A stretch of 64,000 bases of DNA, taken from contig JBNGDL010000002.1 in NCBI GenBank assembly GCA_049975205.1, forward strand, positions 132,498 through 196,497, in the 5' to 3' direction. Origin of the DNA: Anaerolineae bacterium (GTDB lineage Bacteria > Chloroflexota > Anaerolineae > B4-G1 > SLSP01). Position 1 is the first letter of the stretch; every line of letters starts with the position of its first letter. The notes beneath the pieces are model-generated. The model saw only the letters and a program-made list of their open reading frames with translations, was not told the origin of the DNA and searched no databases. Position numbers and translations under genes: made by a program. This document shows, piece by piece, positions 28,101-34,618 of this stretch.

Positions 28101-28755
28101 GACGGGCGACCGGGTTGTGGAGGAGGCCAGACGTCTCAAGCCCTACGCCATCACGTTGGACGTCATCATGCCGGGAAACGACGGTTGGGAGGTCATTCAG
28201 CAGCTAAAGGCCGACCCGGAGACCTGTGAGATCCCCATCATTGTCTGTTCAATGCTGGGCGATAAGGATAAAGGCCTCAGCATGGGCGTGGCCGACTATC
28301 TGGTGAAGCCAATCTCCGAGGAGGCCCTGCTTGAGGCCCTTGAGCGGATCGGCGAGACTGAGAGGGGATATGTGTTGGTGGTGGATGATAGCCCGGAGGA
28401 CCGGAAGCTGCTGCGCCGCATTCTTGAGAGTGCCGAGTACAGGGTCGAGGAGGCTACCGGCGGGGCTGAAGGTATCGAACGGGTGCAGACCCATCGGCCT
28501 AGTCTGGTGATTCTTGATCTGATGATGCCGGAAGTGGACGGCTTTGCCGTGCTGGAGTGGCTTAAGGCTGAGCCGCAGACTCGTCAGATTCCGGTGATCG
28601 TTGTGACGGCGAAGGAGCTGGACGCCGAGGAACGCTCCCGTCTGCAGCAGCGGGTCGAGGCCCTGTTACAGAAAGGGCTCTTCGATCAGCAGCAGTTGTT
28701 GGAGGACGTGAGCTCGGTACTCTCTCGTCTTTCAGAAAAGAGGAGGCCTCATTAG
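22171..28755 (+). CDS. Cytoplasmic giant hybrid histidine kinase: PAS-(GAF x ~9)-HisKA-HATPase-REC-REC, protein I
   Basis: No TM segment is visible. The PAS domain contains '[31 protein letters not shown]...VGVMLDVTD'. About nine GAF-like repeats follow, and repeats 1, 3 and 7 are of the canonical type. The H-box is '[32 protein letters not shown]' (His codon 27310-27312), the N box 'LLGNAGKFT', G1 'DTGIGIP' and G2 'GGTGLGVPL'. REC1 contains '[27 protein letters not shown]' and REC2 contains '[28 protein letters not shown]'. Confidence 0.85.
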   Translation: [2194 protein letters not shown]

Positions 28756-28812
28756 AGGAGACCTCATTAAGGGTGACGGCGGCATGGTGCCGGAGGTTGC
28801 TGACGCTCTCTC

Positions 28813-28840
28813 TTGACGGCTTTGCTCTCTCGTGTACAAT
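28813..28840 (+). promoter_or_regulatory. Candidate sigma-70 promoter of the ferredoxin gene
   Basis: TTGACG (28813-28818), a 16-nt spacer and TACAAT (28835-28840). AGGAGG sits 7 nt before ATG 28913. Confidence 0.5.
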
Positions 28841-28912
28841 GATTGAGATGAGTGGGGGTACCCACAGCTTAGTTTTCCAGTGATCCTTTAAGAGTTTACA
28901 GGAGGTTCTTCG

Positions 28913-29179
28913 ATGGCGTATGTCATTACATCCCTATGCGAGCGCGCCGGACTGTGTGCCGACGTCTGCCCGACTGATTCGATCCATTTCGTCGACGACG
29001 ATCCCGATTGGCCCATCTACTACATCAATCCTGAGACCTGCATTGACTGCGGAGCTTGCATGGCGGAGTGCCCGAACGAGGCTATTTTCTCCGACTACGA
29101 TCTCCCGGAGGAGTATGAGGAGTACGTCGATATCAACGAGGCATTCTTTACAAAGGGACCCGGGGCGGATCTGGTATAG
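28913..29179 (+). CDS. Small ferredoxin, probably 7Fe type ([3Fe-4S] + [4Fe-4S])
   Basis: The first motif 'C-ERAGL-C-ADV-CP' is CxxxxxCxxxCP and lacks the second Cys. The second motif 'CIDCGACMAECP' is CxxCxxCxxxCP. It is 88 aa with a strong RBS. The overlapping +1 frame ORF (28920..29183) and the antisense ORF are rejected. Confidence 0.85.
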   Translation: MAYVITSLCERAGLCADVCPTDSIHFVDDDPDWPIYYINPETCIDCGACMAECPNEAIFSDYDLPEEYEEYVDINEAFFTKGPGADLV

Positions 29180-29205
29180 ATAAGAAGCAAAGCACACACT
29201 TTGGG

Positions 29206-29228
29206 CGAGGCCGACATTGTCGGCCTCG
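29206..29228 (+). terminator. Hairpin between convergent ferredoxin and PHP genes
   Basis: CGAGGCCGAC (29206-29215) pairs with GTCGGCCTCG (29219-29228). It is followed by TTCGGGTTC, a weak U-tract. It could serve both strands. Confidence 0.45.
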
Positions 29229-29309
29229 TTCGGGTTCAGGCCGTCCGTCAGCTGCGGGCGCCGGCCTTCATCGTTGGGTCCTGGGCACCACGCATGCCCC
29301 GGCTATCGG

Positions 29310-30371
29310 CTAGACGACGAAAATGGGACTGGTGAAAATCCACCCGACGCGGCGAGCTTTGAATCTTCGGTAAACCTCAATGCGATAGATTCCAGCCTCT
29401 GCGGAGGTGTAGGTCAAGCTGTGTCCCACCGCTTTCTGGATTACGTCCCCGTTCTTCAAGAGGTGGATCTCGCCCGAGGCCGGCAGCGTGACTGTGATGT
29501 TGATAGCACCTAGCCGCCGCAGCTCCTCTCCAGGAACTGCTGAGGCTGACCCGCTCTCCATTCGGAATCGAAACCCTCGCGTCGTATGCGGTAGATCGTA
29601 GCCCACCCACGTACGCCCAGCCCGAAGGGCATTGTAGATCAGCTGTTTGTCGGTATCCACATCCCCCGTGAGCGGCTCCTCCGTGAGTACATGGGTGTTA
29701 ACACAGCGGAAGAGATAGTCATAGGGTAGGATCTTGCGCTGAATGGGACCCCACGTGTAAGTGGTGCCGTGGGCATCCGCGCCGCCGAGGGCGCCGATCC
29801 GGTATCCTTGGGCCAGCAACTCGTCCCAGAGGCGGAGTGTTCTGCGGTAGGGCCCGCGAATGCCCCATTCGGGCCTGAAGGCGTAGATCACGGCTGCGAG
29901 CCTGCTCCAGAGCAAGCCTTTGAACTCTGACATGTAGTTCCAGATCTCTATGCCGTGAATGTCCTCTGGTGGCCAATAGGACCACGGAATGGCAGCTAGA
30001 TCAGGGCTGATCCGGCTCCCTTTCTCGATGGGGTGCGCGATGTAGCAGGCACCGTCGCGGCTGCGGGCTGCCTGGATCAGCGTCCGCGTGCTGCTGAAGG
30101 CGTATGGAGCCATTTCGTGCTCGGCCCCGTAAATCAGTAGGTGGTTAGCCTGCGGGGAACGGCGCACGTTGTGCACCTCTTCGCCTGAGAGAATCAGCAC
30201 CTGGTCATGGTACGTCTCCAGACCTACCGGACGGACGTTGTGATCGGTGACGATCACGAAATTGAGCGCAGCGGCATTCGCCGCCGCGGCGATCTCACGG
30301 TAGGTGGCTGCGCCGTCGGAGTAGACGCTGTGAACGTGAGGATTGCCGACGTACTCCCGATAAGTCTCCAT
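29310..30371 (-). CDS. PHP-domain metallohydrolase (CehA/McbA-like)
   Basis: The N-terminus 'GNPHVHSVYSDGAAT..NFVIVTDHN' carries the HxH motif. Later His/Asp motifs are 'IAHPIEKG' and 'LGGADAHG'. There is a beta-rich C-terminal domain. Confidence 0.6.
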   Translation of the reverse strand: METYREYVGNPHVHSVYSDGAATYREIAAAANAAALNFVIVTDHNVRPVGLETYHDQVLILSGEEVHNVRRSPQANHLLIYGAEHEMAPYAFSSTRTLIQAARSRDGACYIAHPIEKGSRISPDLAAIPWSYWPPEDIHGIEIWNYMSEFKGLLWSRLAAVIYAFRPEWGIRGPYRRTLRLWDELLAQGYRIGALGGADAHGTTYTWGPIQRKILPYDYLFRCVNTHVLTEEPLTGDVDTDKQLIYNALRAGRTWVGYDLPHTTRGFRFRMESGSASAVPGEELRRLGAINITVTLPASGEIHLLKNGDVIQKAVGHSLTYTSAEAGIYRIEVYRRFKARRVGWIFTSPIFVV

Positions 30372-30391
30372 AGTGCTCTTAGGCAGCCTTG

Positions 30392-30757
30392 CTAGAGCTC
30401 TCGGTGGTAAACAACAACGACTGCCGCTTGGTCGCCTCGATTATGGAAGCGCAGAATCTCGTCGATCTCCTCTGCCGTGCATCCCAGGAGTGCCTTCACC
30501 TCCGCGTCTCTCTTCTGTCCGTCGACCGTGCAGATGACGCCTGTCAAGCGGCGTGATGGAAGGGTGCCAATCCAGACGTCGATGCCGTCGCCGTCAATGG
30601 CGCCTGTTCCCTTCAAGTAACCGTAGTCCAGGGGATAGGTGACGGAGCGATGCCGAGGATGTCCAGATCCCTTGGGCCGGTCGATGACGATCTCGGCTGT
30701 TTCGATGATCTGCCGGAGTTGCTGCTGGAATCTTTGCGAGAACCTCAAATCGTTCAT
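30392..30757 (-). CDS. Short inorganic pyrophosphatase-like protein
   Basis: 'YPLDYGYLKGTGAIDGDGIDVWI' resembles the family I PPase 'YPxNYGFIPxTxxxDGDPxDVLV' core. At 121 aa it is about two thirds of a normal PPase. Confidence 0.45.
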   Translation of the reverse strand: MNDLRFSQRFQQQLRQIIETAEIVIDRPKGSGHPRHRSVTYPLDYGYLKGTGAIDGDGIDVWIGTLPSRRLTGVICTVDGQKRDAEVKALLGCTAEEIDEILRFHNRGDQAAVVVVYHREL

Positions 30758-30782
30758 TGTCTGCGCTCGCTTCGTTCACTTC

Positions 30783-31844
30783 TTAGATGATCAGCATCGC
30801 ATCGCCAAAGGAGAAGAATCGATAGCGCTCGGCGATCGCCTCCTGGTAAGCGCGACGGATATTGTCCTCGCCACCGAAGGCCATGACCAGCGCTAGAAGG
30901 CTGCTGCGTGGGAGATGGAAATTGGTGATCAGAGCGTCAACGACCCGGAAATCGAATCCCGGCGTGATGTAGAGGTCTGTGAATCCTTCATAAGGCGACA
31001 CAGGGCGCCAGGGACAGGTTCCCTCATTCGATTGGAAGAGGCCCCGTCGCGCCGCAGTCTCAAGTACCCTGACACTGGTGGTGCCCACCGCGAAGAGCCG
31101 GTTGCCCATCACCTTCGTGCGGTTGATTTGTTCGGCAGTCGGAGGGTCTAGGACACACCACTCGCTGTGAATTTCGTGTTCTTCGATCGAGTTTTCGGTG
31201 ATCGGGCGAAAGGTATCGAGCCCCACGTGCAGCGTGACGAAGGCGAACCTCGCGCCCTCATCGCGTAGGTGCAACATCAGGTCGGGCGTGAAGTGCAGGC
31301 CCGCTGTGGGAGCTGCTGCACTCCCGGGCGTCCGCGCATACACAGTCTGGTAGCGTTCGGGATCCTCCAGCGGACGGTGAATGTACGGCGGCAGGGGCAC
31401 GTGGCCTATCGTCTCCAAGTAGAGTGTCACCGGTTTGGAGAAGCGCAAACGGCGCTCACCACGCTCTCCAGTCTCCAGGACTTGGGCCCTGAGCGCTGTT
31501 GGTGTCTCGGCGTTGTCGAGCTGGATCACGGTACCCTCTCGCGTTCGGGCGCCCCCTACCAGGCCTAGCCATTCGCGATCATCCAGTTGGCGCAGGAGCA
31601 AGATCTCCACCTTGCCGCCCGTAGTGGCCTTATGCCCATAGAGACGGGCTGGAATGACCCGGCTCTCGTTGGCGACAAGCAGATCCCCGGCTGTCACGTA
31701 GTCGACGATGTGTCGAAAGGTTCGGTGCTCGATCTGGCCAGTGTCACGGTGAAGGACCAGCAGCCTCGACTCGTCGCGCGGCTCGATTGGCTCTTGCGCA
31801 ATGAGCTCCTCTGGGAGATCGTAGTCTAGTTCAGCGGTCTTCAT
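30783..31844 (-). CDS. queA: S-adenosylmethionine:tRNA ribosyltransferase-isomerase
   Basis: 'LDYDLPEELIAQEPIEPRDESRLLVL', 'LPPYI', 'RYQTVYA..GSAAAPTAGLHFT', 'VTLHVGLDTF', 'VGTTSVRVLE' and 'TNFHLPRSSLL..AF' are all classical QueA blocks. Confidence 0.9.
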   Translation of the reverse strand: MKTAELDYDLPEELIAQEPIEPRDESRLLVLHRDTGQIEHRTFRHIVDYVTAGDLLVANESRVIPARLYGHKATTGGKVEILLLRQLDDREWLGLVGGARTREGTVIQLDNAETPTALRAQVLETGERGERRLRFSKPVTLYLETIGHVPLPPYIHRPLEDPERYQTVYARTPGSAAAPTAGLHFTPDLMLHLRDEGARFAFVTLHVGLDTFRPITENSIEEHEIHSEWCVLDPPTAEQINRTKVMGNRLFAVGTTSVRVLETAARRGLFQSNEGTCPWRPVSPYEGFTDLYITPGFDFRVVDALITNFHLPRSSLLALVMAFGGEDNIRRAYQEAIAERYRFFSFGDAMLII

Positions 31845-31876
31845 CGTGCTGGGTCACCTGCTCTGACGGCAATCTG

Positions 31877-33202
31877 TTAGCTTGGCAGCAACGCAGCCCT
31901 GAGCGTCGGCGCGTAGGCGTCCATCATTTCTGGTGTGATCGCGTTCGACTTGGCGACGGCTGCATAGAGATCGGCGCTCGGCCTAGGTGTCCGGACCTGA
32001 GTCTTCGGATCCAATTCGATGAGGCCAAAAGGCATGGTCCAACCATCGGCCCACTCGAAGTTATCCACCAAGGTCCAGTGATAGTAGCTCATTACAGGGA
32101 TATTCTCCTGGATGGCCCTCCACAGCTGATGTAGATGCAACAGCAGGGCCCTGGGTCGTTGGTTGTCGTCAGCATCGGGGATGCCGTTCTCTGTGATGTG
32201 GATCGGTAGCCCCAGGCGCGATAAACGCTTCAGCGCACGATAGAGGCCGGCTGGATAGAGCTCGCCGTAGCCGGCGTCCATCAGCTCCGCGTCGTCGGCG
32301 TGTGTCATGACTCCCAAGGGGCCTTCTTCGGAACGTCGATCAAACGCGATCAGGTCCCGCGTGTAGTAGTTCAGGCCGAACCAATCCAATGTTCGGCGCG
32401 TCGCAAACGCCGGTCCGAATCCCAACGGCGGCAGCCACCAACCGTCCCAGACGGCCTTGATCGTGGCCTTGTTGAACCAGAGATCATGGGCCCACGCCGC
32501 TGCGCGGTCGAGCCAGCGCCTCGGATTGGCGGGGTCGGAGAAGCGCAGGTTGTGGGCCAGACCAACTCGTGCCTCCGGTTGGAGTTGATGAATCAGGTGA
32601 TAGGCGGCGCCGTGTGCTTGCAGCATATGTCGCAGAACCCGCCCCGAGGTTCTTAGGTCCCGAACACCCGGCGGAAACTTCCCAAGGATGTACCCCAGCG
32701 ATGCGTAGACGTTGGGCTCATTGATCGTGCACCAGAGCGTCACGGCCTCACCTAGCGCCTGGACGACCTGCTCTACGTACCGCTTAAAGTAGGGCACGAC
32801 ATCGGGATTGACCCACCCCCCCTGTTCGGAGAGCCACAGGGGATCGGAGAAGTGGTGAAGCGTGACCATCGGCTCGATCCCACGCTCATGGAGCGCCTGG
32901 AGCATCTCGCGATAGCGATCCAAAGCAGCCTGGTCGATCCGTCCAGGCGCGACCTCCACACGGCTCCACTCAATTGAGAGGCGCAGAGTGGTCAGCCCCA
33001 TCGCCGCGGCCCGGTCGAAGTCCGCCTCCGCATCCTCCCACCAATTACACGCGAGGCCAGACTTGCTCCCATCGGCGATGCGACCTGGCTGGTGCTCCCA
33101 GGCCCACCATTGGTTGTTTGTGTTACCGCCTTCCACCTGATGAGAGGCTGTTGCAACGCCCCATAGGAAGTCAGGTGGGAAGTGAAATGTCGCATCTGGC
33201 AT
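31877..33202 (-). CDS. GH1 beta-glucosidase
   Basis: I place the start at Met16 (33202, MPDATFHFPPDFLWGVATASHQVEGG). The acid/base motif 'TINEPN' and the nucleophile motif 'ITENG' are both present. Confidence 0.85.
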   Translation of the reverse strand: MPDATFHFPPDFLWGVATASHQVEGGNTNNQWWAWEHQPGRIADGSKSGLACNWWEDAEADFDRAAAMGLTTLRLSIEWSRVEVAPGRIDQAALDRYREMLQALHERGIEPMVTLHHFSDPLWLSEQGGWVNPDVVPYFKRYVEQVVQALGEAVTLWCTINEPNVYASLGYILGKFPPGVRDLRTSGRVLRHMLQAHGAAYHLIHQLQPEARVGLAHNLRFSDPANPRRWLDRAAAWAHDLWFNKATIKAVWDGWWLPPLGFGPAFATRRTLDWFGLNYYTRDLIAFDRRSEEGPLGVMTHADDAELMDAGYGELYPAGLYRALKRLSRLGLPIHITENGIPDADDNQRPRALLLHLHQLWRAIQENIPVMSYYHWTLVDNFEWADGWTMPFGLIELDPKTQVRTPRPSADLYAAVAKSNAITPEMMDAYAPTLRAALLPS

Positions 33203-33475
33203 CGTATCGTTTCCTTTGATATCGCCACCAGACGATATCCACAACAAGGCCCCGGCGTAGCACCGGGCCCATCCTGATTATAGCCGATCCGGGTCAGCAG
33301 ACAATGCTTCGCGGCGCTCTGCACTGCCTCCGGGACAACGGTGCGGGACCGGAGCCCTGCGCTTGAGTATTCCCGGCGCCTTCATAGAATAACACGAACA
33401 GACCAAGATTGTGCGTAATGCGACAGGGGCGGCGGGGTTCGAACCAGGATTCTGCTGAAGAGAGGGGGCTGATTG

Positions 33476-34564
33476 ATGAGACCAAGAGAGCGCGTACTTG
33501 CGATTCTAGACCGCGAACCTGTGGATCGGATCCCGGTCGACCTCTGGCACACGCCTGAGATCGTGGACATGCTGATTCAGGCCACCGGCGCCAGCGACGA
33601 CTTCGAGATGTGGCATCGCCTCAACCTGGATAAGATTGTCTGGGTCTTTATGGACTATCGGTCAGAGGCAGACGAAACTGCTGGCTCGCAGGTGGGTGCG
33701 CTAGCGACGGGAGAGCTGACGATGTGGGGCGCGGTGTTGCGCGACGTGGAGGCGGGTGAGGCTCGCTACCAAGAGACAACCACGCCGCCGCTGCAGGGCT
33801 TAACGTCACTTAGCGAGTTGGATGACTATGCCTATTGGCCCGATCCAGATCGCTTCGACTATGCAGCGGCGGTGGCCTTGGCCCAGAAGGCGCGCGAGCA
33901 TGATTTCGCCGTGATCGGGCCGTGGGTCTCGTGCTTTGAGATCTACTCGCAACTGCGGGGCATCGAGCAGTCCTTAATGGATCTTGCTCTCGATCCTGCA
34001 TTGGTCGAGGCGACGCTGGATCGCATTGAGACGATACAGACGGAGATGATGCATCGGTTTCTGTCCGAGGCGGCGGATCTCGTCGATCTGGTCTTCATCA
34101 GCGATGATATTGGAGGTCAGAACGGTTTGCTGATGTCCCCGCAAATGTGGCGCCGCCACCTCAAGCCCCGGCTCACGCGTTGGTGCGATCTGATCCACAG
34201 CTATGGTGTCAAGGTCTTCTATCACACAGATGGAGGCGTCGGTCCGGTCATCCCCGAGTTGATCGAGGCCGGCATCGATGTGCTGAACCCTATCCAGCAC
34301 GCGTGCCCCGGTATGGAGCTGGAGCAACTGGCTGAGAAGTACGGTGACCAGATCATCTTCCACGGTGGCGTGGACAACCAACAGGTGCTGCCGTTCGGCA
34401 ACGTGGAAGACGTCCGTGCCGAGACTCTGCGCTGTCTTGAGACGCTGGGCGCCGGTAGGGAGGGCTATATCTGTTGTTCTTGTCACAACGTGCAACCAGG
34501 GACGCCGCTTGCCAACGTCATGACGATGATCGAGACGGTGCAGAACTGGGAAGGCGGTCGCTGA
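33476..34564 (+). CDS. Uroporphyrinogen decarboxylase (URO-D) family protein, methyltransferase-like subgroup
   Basis: 'RERVLAILDREPVDRIPVDLW' at the N-terminus, then 'DLVFISDDIGGQNGLLMSPQMWRRHLKP', 'FYHTDGGV' and 'LNPIQ'. This is the typical URO-D/MtaA-like layout. The ATG at 33476 follows the listed TTG. Confidence 0.65.
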   Translation: MRPRERVLAILDREPVDRIPVDLWHTPEIVDMLIQATGASDDFEMWHRLNLDKIVWVFMDYRSEADETAGSQVGALATGELTMWGAVLRDVEAGEARYQETTTPPLQGLTSLSELDDYAYWPDPDRFDYAAAVALAQKAREHDFAVIGPWVSCFEIYSQLRGIEQSLMDLALDPALVEATLDRIETIQTEMMHRFLSEAADLVDLVFISDDIGGQNGLLMSPQMWRRHLKPRLTRWCDLIHSYGVKVFYHTDGGVGPVIPELIEAGIDVLNPIQHACPGMELEQLAEKYGDQIIFHGGVDNQQVLPFGNVEDVRAETLRCLETLGAGREGYICCSCHNVQPGTPLANVMTMIETVQNWEGGR

Positions 34565-34576
34565 GGCGGCTCCTGC

Positions 34577-34608
34577 GGACGCGGGCCGAAATCACACCCC
34601 GCGTGTCC
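34577..34608. terminator. Weak hairpin between convergent genes
   Basis: GGACGCGGG (34577-34585) pairs with CCCGCGTGTCC (34598-34608) with a one-nucleotide bulge. There is no U-tract. Confidence 0.25.
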
Positions 34609-34618
34609 ACGCTATAGG

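Noticed and set aside
2625-28755. Possibility that the repeated GAF segments represent a DNA-level repeat array, a CRISPR-like array or a recently amplified or mobile element
   Set aside because: The similarity is at the protein-motif level only. Corresponding nucleotide stretches differ at many synonymous and non-synonymous positions, for example around 15819, 18762 and 23006. There are no regularly spaced short direct repeats and no transposase, integrase or terminal inverted repeats.
5837-28755. cNMP-binding or bilin-binding (phytochrome/cyanobacteriochrome) nature of the GAF domains
   Set aside because: I could not see the NKFDE-type motif of cNMP-binding GAFs. I also saw no conserved Cys in a position or context resembling bilin-attachment sites. 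The ligand, if there is one, is left open.
28920-29183. 87-aa ORF in an alternative frame over the ferredoxin gene, plus the antisense ORF at 28934-29197
   Set aside because: The 28913 frame carries the two Cys cluster motifs and a perfect RBS. The other frames are composition artefacts.
33436-33445. GGTTCGAACC, a tRNA T-loop-like string in the bgl / URO-D intergenic region
   Set aside because: The flanks (GGCGG.. / ..AGGAT) cannot form a T-stem, and no acceptor, D or anticodon arms can be drawn. It is just a 10-bp palindrome.
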